Origin: Camelus ferus
Lineage: Eukaryota
Length of the DNA stretch: 64,000 nucleotides
Direction of reading: 5' to 3'
Assembly (NCBI RefSeq): GCF_009834535.1
Contig: NC_045697.1
Coordinates: 108,874,001-108,938,000 of the forward strand
Shown: piece after piece, positions 11,324-22,670 of the stretch
How the letters are laid out: each line of letters begins with the position of its first letter
How positions within the stretch are numbered: the stretch's first letter is position 1
The notes under the pieces: generated by a model
The model's input: the letters and a program-made list of their open reading frames with translations, nothing else
The model's database searches: none
Told to the model about the DNA's origin: nothing
Translations under genes and position numbers: made by a program

Positions 11324-14250
11324 AAAAATATACCTCATACTGTTGTTTTATAATTATAGACAAAACTAAAAATAACCCAAATGTGTAATAAAAGGGATTA
11401 GATAAATAATTAAGAAACAGCTGCATGTTAAGTACTATTTAGCTATTAAAGGAGAATATTTAATGATAGGAGGAAATTCCATGATATATTAAGTGAAAAA
11501 AGCAAAATACAGAAGTGTACGCCAACAAACACAGCATATACTGAAAGTTACATGAGAGCAGAGGCTCATGGCTATTCCAAAGTACTTAGTGCTCTGTAGG
11601 TTCTCAATAACAATTTGTAAAATAAATGAAGAAAAAATATTCATACAAAAAAAGATATTGGCCAAAATGTTGAATGCTAACTCCAGATAATGGAATTATA
11701 GGTTAAGTGTTTTCTCTTTGAAGCTAAAACAATTTCTACCCTTATATTCCATTCATTCTACTATTCATGGGCTTGTTTAAATGTTCCAGTAATCAGTATC
11801 CTCTAATAAAGGGTTTGTTTCCAGAGAATTACAGTGTCCAATCAGTAATCAAATATCTCTCCATGAAAAGGAAGCTATTGATGAGTGATGAAATTATTGT
11901 GACATTACCAGAATTCACCTAGAGAAGATCTGAAGGTAGCACCTTTTTTTTTTTAAGGAAATAATAAATAGTATTCAGTATTCAACATCTAAAGCAAAGA
12001 GAAAAGGTCGCGTGCACATTTAATTCATTCTGAAAGGAACAATAACAATAGCCTTTAACCTGCTGCCTCCTTTCCTTCCTGGTCAATAAATAAAAGGCTA
12101 CCAGAGTTTCCCACAAGCCACGTGAATAAATGGCACCTGGTTTTCCTAAACTGCATAATAGCCAGTAGCAGTGCAAAGGTAAACGAGCAGATAAGCCTCA
12201 TGTCATCAGCATATATGGCAGGCAGCTATCCCCCTTCTTCTTACCTCTCCAAACATAATGCCAATTGAGAGAAAAGTAGTAATCTTCTCTTCTTCCTAAG
12301 GAGAACCGGCAGGCAGAATTCCCCAAGCTGCAGGGAGAAAGAGAGACAGCAAGCTGAAAAAAAAGGTTTCCAACTAAGTAGGGTTAGGTTTAAAACAGTC
12401 TTCGAGTTAGTACAAAAAATTTCCCCCAAATCCAAAGAATACCGGCTATTGCCTCCTTTTTTGCCAAAAAAAGTGCATAGAACTTGACTGTCTTCCATCA
12501 TCGCTGAAGTAGCTTCCAGTGTTTCTTTCCAGCCAACCTACTTTCTAATTTCCCTTGGGGCAGCAGAATCATAGGAAGACTAATCCTAGGTACAGCCTTG
12601 CACAGCGTAACGCTATGTATAAGGACTAATCATGCACAATACCAGAATCACACTGGACCAGAGAGTACCTAAAATGATTAACAATGCAGAAGTTAGCATT
12701 AATTCCAAGTACTTCCAAGTCCATCAGAATCTCTTTCAAAACTATCAGCTGCTGCCAAGGAAACAATCCAGCTAAGGACAGCTATTTAGTTTAATAACTA
12801 AAGCAAGTGTCCACCTTTCTAATATAAGAAATAACTCTGAGCCTAACAGTCTAACAGATAACTGCAGTGCAGTTAAGTGTTTCCAAACTTAAGAGACAGC
12901 TAGCAGGAATCCTTATGGCACCAGCCAGCTCAATTAAGTATACATCATTCAAGCACCAATGATGCACCTTTTCCTAATGACCCTTCTGAAACTCTAAGAA
13001 TAGCCTTTGTACTTGGCTACTAAGTTCCATTCTCTTCCTATGTAATAAAAGCAGTAATAGTTCTATATTGGGATCCTTTTGTTACAGTTGAGAAGACTAA
13101 TGGCATGGCTTTGAACAGGAAAATCCACAGTAAACTGTAGAACTGAAGTTAAATGAATTGGCATATATATTCACCCTTTTCTTTTAAGGACAGAGCCATT
13201 TAAGATAAAGACACTTTATACACAGCTTTATGTTTAGGGATTTCATTACGGTTTTTGTCAGAGAAGGTGTTGGGGAGATCTCAGACAATAAATATTATTT
13301 ACTTTTGAAACCTTTGTAGTGTCATGGGTATTTACTCCTCACATACATGGGGAAAATATCTGTATACGGATATTCACAGGGATGTTCACTATGCTGAAAC
13401 TCCCTACAGATTTGTAGAGGCAGATTTCTGCCTCTGGGTACTTAGTCGTTAAAAATGTCTTGTCAACTAATGAGACAAGACAGATTGGAAGTACGGTCTA
13501 AAGAGGGGTAGATGTCACGGAGTGCACTGTTACCTTTCTCATTTCTGCAAGTGTAAAAACAGTACCCAAGTCTGTCAAAGGAAAAGCAGTTCAGAACCTT
13601 GAAGGGAGATGTGCGTGGCTGGGTCACCGGTATGTACTGTATGTAAATGAGTTCCAGGTTTGTCTAGTACCACTGCAGAGTCATACATTCCCTGCACTCA
13701 GTGCTGGGGACAGGGAGAGTATCCGAAGTACAAGGTGGGGCGTCCATTTAAGTAACTACAAGAGCTCTGGGAGAAGGATTGTTCAGCTGTTTCCGTAGAC
13801 AGGGCAGTGATCTACTTAAGTAACAGGGCGAGCAAACAAAGCTGAAATCGGTCATCTGGATAAAGACAGAGGAGCAGGAAAGAAAAGTGTCATGGATCCA
13901 CTGTGTGCCAGGGAGCAGAGCAAAAAGTGATCACAAAGCCAGAGCAAGTAATAGGAACTCAGGGATGCTGGGTGAAGGGTCTGGTCTTCCTGAAGTGGGT
14001 GGGCGCGAGTGACGTGGCCAGAAAGCGCGCGCGCGGGGTGGGGGGTTGTTCCAGGCACTGGGGAAGGAGAGTGAGATGCCCGCATCCCGTCTGCTCCCGA
14101 AACCCCCACATTCCCTCCACCCTCCCACTCCCCGAGGGGCTGGAATAACCTTCTACGTGGTCTCCGGCAGCTGAGAAAGAAGCTTTGGCTCTCCAGTGAC
14201 ATGCGAGGCAGTGAGCTACGTCCACTTCCACCCTCCCGCCACCGGCTCAC

Positions 14251-14490
14251 CGTCTGTTGGGGGGACGCCTAACGCGTGAGGCTGGGGTGTGTGACTGAGA
14301 AAGAAGGGATGCTGAGGGCTCCTGGAGACCTCCGACCACTCAAGAACAGGCCAGCTGCGCTCTTCGGGAAGCTCCCAGCTCTGACAGGTGTATCTGGACC
14401 CGCGCTCACACCCTTCTATGATCCGGCCGCAACCAGAAAATTACCCGGGCAACGGCGCCGGCGGAGTCCCGGATGTGGTTGCTAGGGCCG
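14251..14490 (-). other. TIGD4: TIGD4 non-coding exon 1 (donor at 14250; 5' end approximate)
   Basis: Minus-strand donor ACG|GTGAGC at the CpG-island edge. The start site is inferred from the GC boxes at ~14500-14530. Confidence 0.6.
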
Positions 14491-14639
14491 CAGCGGGAGG
14501 GGCGGGGCCCGCCTCCTGGAGCGGGGCGGAGGGGGCCTCCAGGAAGGCGTGCTGGCACCATCGAGATGTGGCTGGGCCGGCCAGACTGAGGGAGAGAGAG
14601 GCCGTCCAGGGCCACGGACAACGCTACTTCCGGTCTCCT

Positions 14640-14907
14640 CACTTCCGGCTCCGCTGCTCGGGGTGTTGGAGCTTTAGGCCGGGTGGAGAGGCGGCCGGTG
14701 TGGGTGTCCTCGGCGGTTGGTCAGTGTGTGGCTGTGACAGCTGTAGTTGCTCCCCGCCCCCGAGGAGCCGAGGTGCGTGGGGGGACGGGAAGAAGGAAAA
14801 GGCCCAGGTCGCGTTTCCGCTCACTTCTTGCCCGGGCTGAGGCGACGCCGGAGAGCAGAGGCAAGCATAATCCTCGACGTGAGAGCTGCCGGCTTCCCCG
14901 CAGACAG
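14640..14907 (+). other. ARFIP1: ARFIP1 non-coding exon 1 (5' end approximate)
   Basis: Strong donor CAG|GTGAGG at 14907/14908 in the CpG island; alternative donor GAG|GTGCGT at 14772/14773. Confidence 0.65.
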
Positions 14908-17299
14908 GTGAGGGCGGAGCTGGCCGGCTGGAAAAGAGGCGGGGGAAGGCTGCTCGGAGGTGGCTGGCTGGGCGGGACACGTTGCCTCTAGGGTTCGCAG
15001 TTCCGGACTTTCACAGGGCACTTCTGTCCTTAGCCTATGCCATCTACATCTTCCCAGGTATTCGGCCTTTGGTTTCTGCCCCTTCGTTCCTCCTGTCCCC
15101 CTGAGTGTGCCCCTTCCCCCCGCCCCCGAAACAGCCAGGTGAAGAGGTAGGACTGGCCCTCCCAGGGCGGCACCCTCTCGGTTTTGCATGCCTTGAGTTG
15201 GGAAAGGGGTTGCAGGATTCAGGTTTTTCTCGACTGAGTCTCAGAATTGGCCACCTTCAGGTTTAGTGTCCGGTCTTTATTTCTCTCCTCCTCTCCCTGC
15301 ATCCCCCACGTCCTCTCTTCCGCAGTGAGAGGAAGGGAGATAGCAAGAGTCCCTGCGAGAGGTTCCTTAGGCAGTGGTGGAGGGAGGAGCCTTGCCTATG
15401 AAATGTCCCAAGCCTGACTGCTTGCGAGGACGTCCAAGGAATGCTGGAGTTTGGGAAGGAAGTTGGGCTTTCGTCTCGTCCGTTCCTTTTTGCCAAGTTA
15501 CTACTGTTTACGTGTCTAGGAAAAAGGAAGGAGCTTTTTTTTTTTTTTTCTTACGAACAGTTTTCTAGACGCTTTTCCCTTTTATTTTATTACTTCCTTT
15601 GTTTTGTTCTTATCTCCGTCTTGAGCCCTTTGATCCCAAAAAAGTTTGTATTTTACACTTCCTGCAGATCCTTTAGCTACCTCCTTTTAGGATTTCTGTC
15701 CCCCGCTCCCTTCATTTTCTCCTAGATTAAATAAAGCATGTAATTGCTCTGACTGGGTTCTTAAGGAAAAAAATGGAAGATTTGCAGGACTTTTCATAAA
15801 CTTGTTCTTTCACTTGCAAGTGTGGCAGGTGTGTGTGTTCACACTTGCCATTTAATTGACTTCCCTGGCATGGGAATGTGCATCCAAATTCGTTATGTTA
15901 AATCATTCCTGTGTTAAGGCTGCAGCAATTGGCCATTTTATTGCTGCAGAGTGAATCTCAGAGTGAACGACCCACTGTGTGTCAGTACTGTTTGAATTCT
16001 GCTTTTTTTGTTCTTGTTAGTCCTGTTTTTTTGTTTGTTTTTTTGTTTGTTTGTTTTCCTTGCTCAACATGGCCAACACTCTCTCCCAGGCACCATGTCT
16101 AACATTTATCAGCTGAGAAAACAGAAAATATTCCTTATCTTATTTTATTTTCTGGATTAAAATCTCCACCTCAGTTGCTTTCCTCCTTGTTCGAACTGAT
16201 GAATTAGTTTGCCTTAATCCCGGTTTATGCCTTGGAGGTCCGTGGTCTGGTGGTCAGTGACTTTCAGGAGACTTCTTCATCCGCACCCCTGAAATTATGT
16301 GCAAAGTTTTGTTTGAGTGCATTTTCTACCTCCCCCACACCCCCCAGGAAAATGTCCTCTCTTTCTCAGACTCTCAAAAGAGATATATAAACTCCAGGTA
16401 GATTAAAAACCACTCCTTGGACAGCGTCTTCTTAAAGTTAATGAAACTTTTTCAAACTGTGCATAGCTAGTTTGGGCACCAAAGAGAGTAGAATGCAGAG
16501 ATTGTACTGTGTGCTGATGAAATCTCTAGCTACTTCAAAACTTTAGCGTTTCTAAATTTCTTCCTGGACCTAGAGAAGGAAGTAAGACTGTCTCCTTATT
16601 TAGCTCCTGATTTGTGGTTTTGAGGTTTCTTTTTAGGGATAGCTGTTTGTGGCCAGTGCTCTGGAGATCCAGTGGATTCATAAATTAATATGTTTATTAT
16701 TATTTAATACGTGTTAAACATCACCGGCCTACTGGGTACAGTTCAGAGTAAAATACTTAAATTTCTGGTAATTTTGTTTTCATTTTCTTGTTTTTCACTT
16801 GAGGCATCTACTTTGGGCTGTGGCTTTGTTAGGAAGGGCAAATAAGATGTTTCAGTGGTGTGGTCCACAAGCCTTCGGCACATTGCTGCTTATCTTGACA
16901 TCGCCTTTCCCTACATATTACTGCTGTGATAGATATTTTAATGATCATTCCCTTTTGTGAATAAGTTTGTATTCTTTCAAACTTAATATCAGTTTTGAGT
17001 GCATTTTGAACTTAACTGATTTGATAGTGAAGTGTTTGTTGATGAAGGGTTGAAGTTCTAAATGTTAGACACCTGTTTAATGGAATGTTAGAACTTGAAG
17101 AGACCTATTGAGCTCACCACAGTCCGTATAGAATAACCAGCTTCTTCTGCTTACAGAGTAATTTTCCCTGTGTCTAGCATCCTCACTTTGGGTGACAGAA
17201 AACATAACTTTATATCAACTCTTTATAGAGTCGATTATGCTAAATTGGTTTCCTTCTAAGGTAATGAGAAAGTCAGAAGATAGATTGTATCTGACACCA

Positions 17300-17552
17300 T
17301 AACAACAATTAACATGTGTTTGCTTACTGTGTGCCAGGCGTTATGCTAAGTGCTTTACATGATTATCTCATCCAATCCTCACAGCAACCTTATAACATGG
17401 CTACAGTTTTCATTTTTATAGAGGAAGAAATTGAAACTAAATGATTAACTGGGGCTAAAGTAATCTGCTCAGAATTACACTGATGGAGCCAGCATTGAAC
17501 CTAGGTTATCTGAATCCAGACTTGAGCTCTTAACTACGACTCTGGACTGCTT
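17300..17552 (-). mobile_element. MIR SINE (near full length)
   Basis: gcttactgtgtgccagg...aatcctcacagcaacc...catttttatagaggaagaaattga. Confidence 0.8.
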
Positions 17553-18594
17553 CTGCCATATTTAATTTATGTCTTTTTTTTTTTTTTTACCATGAGTTGA
17601 GGGTATCTTACCTGATTTTCTATCAGACAATAAGTAAAGAAGGCCTCTTCCTTTATCAATCTGCAGTAACTGAACATCTGTTTGAATATTATACCCAAAA
17701 GTATGACAAACAGAAATTAATTTGAAGAAGGTTTATGGAGTGTTACTTGATCATTTTCCCATGGGATGGATATAAATCTGTGTATTTGTAGGTGTGTATG
17801 ATGACATATGAGGAATGACAAATATAAAAATAAAAGATTTTAAGTAATAAACTTGGTATTGTAAGAGTCTGGAGGTATAAATACATTCCAGAGTGATACA
17901 TTTGGGATGGGATAAGGAATGAATTCAGGATGGAGGAAGGAGTAAATTTATTAGGAATTTAAGGTAATGTGGCTATGGATGAAAAACTAACAATATATGT
18001 ACAGACTGGAAAGAGTACTTCCACATGATATGGAAATTGATGACTTAGGGACCATGACAGTCTAAAAGTCAGATATACACCAGCATTAATTCTAGGAAGT
18101 ATGAAAAAGGCAATGAAACAAAGGAAACTGAAAATAATCTTGTTACCTTCAGCCTCTCCTAGCTTTAGGCAATCATGGAAGCTGCTGAATAGCTCTTGCC
18201 CATTCTCAGCTCTTCTCTACAAAAGTATACATTTTGTTTTTCCTTTGTTCCTTTTCTCTTTCTTCCCTTCATCCCTTATTTCCCTCTCCTCCATTACTTC
18301 TAGACTTTTGTCTTAAGATGGTTGTAGGCAGATTTTGCTGGAAATAGCTCAAGCCTTTTGTGAAAGTAACCTTTAAGTTTTTATTTTGTTTCATTTTTTG
18401 ACTATCTGTGATGGCATTGGACTAGCAGCTCTTTGATGTTCAGGTCTGATCCTTTTTGATCCTTTGGGGAACTGTGACACTGTCTTTGAAGCAGAGTCAT
18501 AAGAATAACAGTTATCTGTGAGACCTGAATCATCCAGAGGAGGGAGTCAGTTGACCAACTCCAGTTTCTGCTAACATGAGATCGTGTTTTAGAG

Positions 18595-18751
18595 CAAAGT
18601 TTCCAAACTTTTCTGCATCATGGCACACATAAAAATGATTATATTTGTATGACAGACTCCCTGGCTCCCTGAAAGGTGAGGGGGCTGTGAGGGGTGTCAG
18701 TATTTCAGCACATCTGTAATCCATTCTTGGCACATTGGTTGGAAAGCTTTG
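18595..18751. mobile_element. hAT-Charlie-type MITE
   Basis: Imperfect TIRs caaagtttccaaac / gttggaaagctttg; degenerate 8-bp TSD ttttagag / tccaagag. Confidence 0.6.
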
Positions 18752-19892
18752 TCCAAGAGGAGAGGAATATGACACTCTTTAATACCTTCTGTTTATTTAG
18801 CATATAATATTGTACAAAGCACTTTTACATGTCTTCTCATTTTATTTTTACTTCAACCATCTCAAGTAGATAAGAGTAGATAACATTACCATGTTGAAAA
18901 TGAAGAAATTGAGAATTTAGATAAAGTGCTTTGTATAAAATTACATACCTAGTAAGAGATGGATCAGAAATTCACATCCCAGGTGTAAAGAGTCCCTGAG
19001 GGTTAAGCGGGTGGAATGTAACCCCCAGGATGGCTGGGACTCTTATCTGTTTTGTTTCAAAGCACTGCCTTCAGAATCTAGGGCAGCACCAGGGACAGAG
19101 AAGTCCATGGTGGTTGTCATTTATTGAGTGCTACCCTGGGTAGGCATCATGTTTTATAGATGTTATCTGTGTGTTTCGTATTTTTATTTTCTATTAAGAA
19201 ATGAAGATACAGGCATGGGAACCAGCAGAAGTAGTTAGTCTAAGGTCATCCAGACAGTAAAAGGAGAACCTCAAGACTCATAACCAAAGTTGCTTGTTCT
19301 TTTTTTCACTATGATGATTTGATGACATTGTGAGGTAGAGACTGGGTTCTAGTTTAAGTGTCACACTGGTGGCAGAGGGCAGAGGGTGATGGTGGTGAAA
19401 GGGAGATAAGCAAGAGGACTATTAAGTGTTTATTTTTGGCAGTCTTGAGGTAGAGTTCTAGAGATGATGGCTTTTTAATAGGATTTGAGGGTGTTTGGGG
19501 TGGGGATGGTGTAGAAGAGAAATGTGATAAAATTCGGAGAGAGTAACTTGGGCCATTGGTGCTCCAGGTACTTCTGGCAAAAGGGTTAAAAATGTAGATC
19601 CTCTTCATATATGGCTAAATGTTAATTGTAGATTATCTCTTAAAGATAGGTTTACAGATCATTTTCCTCTTTCTGTATTTCCTAATTTTTCTGTATGGCA
19701 TAGTATTTACTTTTAAAATTAAAAATATTTTAATTATGCAAGTAAATATATTCTTGAAATAAATATTCAAATAATATAATAAGCAGATGGAATGAAAATT
19801 TCTACTCCAGTCCCTGTATCCCTCACATCCGCACTCAGTTAGTTCACAAGATAGTTATTGGGCATTATAGGAAATACTATGAGGAAAGTCTA

Positions 19893-20085
19893 ACGCACTG
19901 CTGTCCAATAAAGTAGCCGCTAGCCACATGTGGCTATTCAAATTAGTTAAGATAAAAAAGAATAAAAAGTCAAGTCCTCAGTCACACCAGTCACACATCA
20001 AGTGCTCAGCAGCCACACATGCCTAGTGGCTACTTTATTGGACAGCACTGGTAGAGAACATTTCCAGTGACATTGGCCAGCCCTG
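19893..20085 (-). mobile_element. MER3 (hAT-Charlie MITE)
   Basis: gctgtccaata...tagccacatgtggcta signature; internal inverted repeat tgctgtccaataaagtagcc / ggctactttattggacagca. Confidence 0.85.
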
Positions 20086-20349
20086 CTAAAACTTTAAAGT
20101 AATATATGATTAGTGACATAATAAATATACTGTTGAACCAAGATTTTAAAAGTCTCCGTGTTCCTCATGATGCCTAGCAGTTTTTGGTTTAGCTGATGAA
20201 ATATTATTGTCGTATTCTCTCTCAGCTTTTTGTTTTAACTAAATCCAGATGGTCGAAGTCTCGTGTTTTTCTGGGATGTTTGGGGATTATTGTTAACTGC
20301 TTTTCTAGGATAAAGATCCCAGCTTTTCTAAGCATGTGAATGTTTTCTA

Positions 20350-21308
20350 TCTCCTCTGAGCTCTAGATCTGTGTATCTTGCTTGCTAGTTGGCACCTCTC
20401 TTGAATATATTAAAGATATCTCACATACGAGGCCTGAAACTAAACTGATTTCTCCCTCACTCCTCCAAGACCCCAAATGTTGGTCCTCTTTCTTTGTTTT
20501 TTATTTCAGTGAATGACTCCATTATCTTTCCAGTGGAAGTCCAGGAAAGTAGGAGTGATCCTCAGTAACTTCCTCTCTCTGATATGTCCAGTCTGTCAAC
20601 AAGGTTTATTAATCTTGCTTTCTTATTATCTCTTGAATTTGTCTACTACTTCCCATTTCTACTACCACCACTTCAGTGTGTTACCATCATCTTTCCTGAA
20701 ATTTCTACAGCAGCCTTCATTCTTGTCTACCGACTTACTTCAACCCCTCTCTAATTTGTTATCCATCCTAAAGGCACAGTGATTTATTCTGAAACACAGA
20801 TCTGATTGTCACTCTTCCTTCCTCCTCAGTCCTCTTATGGCTTCTCATTGCTTTTAGGATAAGAATAAAACTCTTTAGCAATCCTTAGCCCTCCAGCCTT
20901 ATCTTTTATCATTTTCTCCTTAACTTTCCACTTCACGGGTACAGGCCCTCTTTAGTCCCATGTGCTTGTCTTCTGCCTTCCATGACAAGGCCTGTGTTCG
21001 TGCTTTTCCTCCTGTCTGGACCACTCTTTCTGTACTTTGATTTGACTTGTTGGCTCCCAGCTATTTCTCACACTTCAACTGAAGTTTTACTTCTTTAGAA
21101 AATATTCTAACCTCCCAGATTAGGTAGTAACATCATATATTTACTACACTTAAACAGTTTGCATTTATACGTGTGGTTATGATTGTCTTTCTTTTCCACT
21201 ACTTCCGTACTCCATGAAGATGGGGACCACATCTTACTTTCTTTTTTGGCTCATTATTGACTCCCTAGAACCTCGTTCAGTGCCTGACAGCTAAATGTTG
21301 ATTGAATA
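20350..21308 (+). mobile_element. L2 LINE 3' fragment
   Basis: Pyrimidine-rich L2 body ending cagtgcctgacag...tgttgattgaat. Confidence 0.7.
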
Positions 21309-21499
21309 TCCAAGTTGATGGTATTAAAGATGTCAATTCGTGGAGTTTTATAATACAAGATTTTGAATATAAATATTTATAAATATAATAGTTGAATTGC
21401 CAGTTATACTGTTTTTTTAAGTGCATGAAAATAAATTATTTTAATAAGTTTATATTATTATTAAAACAGTCATTATTATAAAATATTGCGCAGTATTCT

Positions 21500-22670
21500 T
21501 AGCTTATTTTGTAATAAACCCTTATTTTAGAATAGTTTTAGATTTACAGAATTACTGTAGTGTACAGAGTTTCCCGCATTATTAATGTTTAACAGTATAG
21601 TACACTTGTCACAATTCATTAAGCAGTATTTATACATTATTAACTAATGCATGTTCAGTTTTTTGGGGGTTTTTTTCTGGTTGCCTCAGTTTTCTCCTGA
21701 TGTCCTGTTTCTATCCTAGAATTCCATCCAGGATACTACATTACATTTAGTTGTCATGCATCCTCTTAGTTTTAACAGATTCTTGGACTCCTCATTTTTT
21801 ATGACAATTTGGTAGTTTTGAGGATTACTGGCCAGGTGTTTTGTAGGCTGTCCGTCAGTTGGGATCTGCCTGATGCTTTTCTCGTGATTAGACTGGGTAA
21901 CGTGTCTTGGGGAGAGATACCATGGAGGATATCATTCTCATCATATCCTGTCAAGAGTAAATGCTATCAGTACGTCTTACCGTTGTTGATGTTACCTTGA
22001 TCACCGGGCTTTAGGCAGTGTTTGTCAAGTTTGTACTTTGAACATTGTAATGTTACTTTTTCTCCCCTCCCTTTGCATGTGGTACTTTTTAGAAGAAAGT
22101 CCTTATGTGAAGTACACACTTAAAGTGTGGGGAGTTATGGTCTACCTCCTGAACTGTGGAGTATGTACATAAATTTTTTTGGAATTCTGCAAAGGAGATT
22201 TGCTTCTTTCTCATTTATTAATTTATTCAATCATTTATTTGTATCAGTATTGACTCATGGATAATTATTTTATACTTTGCATTATAATCCATTATTACTT
22301 TATTCTGTTGCTCAAATTGTTCTGCCTTTGGCCATTGGGAGCTCTTTCAGTTGGTTCCTGTATTCTTTTGAGATTTTTGTTGTTGTTTTGTTATGGTTTT
22401 TTTTTGCTTTGTTTTGAAGCACTTTCTTACTTTGCAGCACTACAAGATATTCCAGGCTCATCTTGTATATATCCTGCCCTAGTCCTAGAATCAGCCATTT
22501 CTCCAAGGAACACTGGTTCCCTTTATTGGAGAATGGTATTAGAAGCTGAGATCTGGGCTCTATATGTGCTCATTATTGCAGGAGTTGCTTCTGGAAAATA
22601 CACACTAACTCATGTATATACACATATCTATAAATATTTCTGTATGTAACCATCTGTATCTATATTAAGC
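21500..22670 (-). mobile_element. Old L1 (L1MC-like) 3'UTR fragment
   Basis: ttttagaatagttttagatttacaga end and ccatccaggatactacattacatttagttgtcatg motif. Confidence 0.7.

Larger units (their letters stand above)
13990..15200. promoter_or_regulatory. CpG island / bidirectional promoter of TIGD4 and ARFIP1
   Basis: High GC and CpG density. GC boxes GGGGCGGGGC 14499-14508 and GGGGCGGAG 14523-14531; ETS/GABP motifs ACTTCCGG 14626-14633 and 14641-14648, CCGGATGT 14469-14476; no TATA box seen. Confidence 0.9.

Noticed and set aside
13852..15189. Many overlapping 60-150 aa ORFs in the CpG island
   Set aside because: Expected in GC-rich, stop-poor sequence; low-complexity translations, many non-ATG starts, no recognisable domain.
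19899..20048. 20-bp perfect inverted repeat as a pre-miRNA or structured RNA
   Set aside because: Explained by the internal palindromic structure of MER3.
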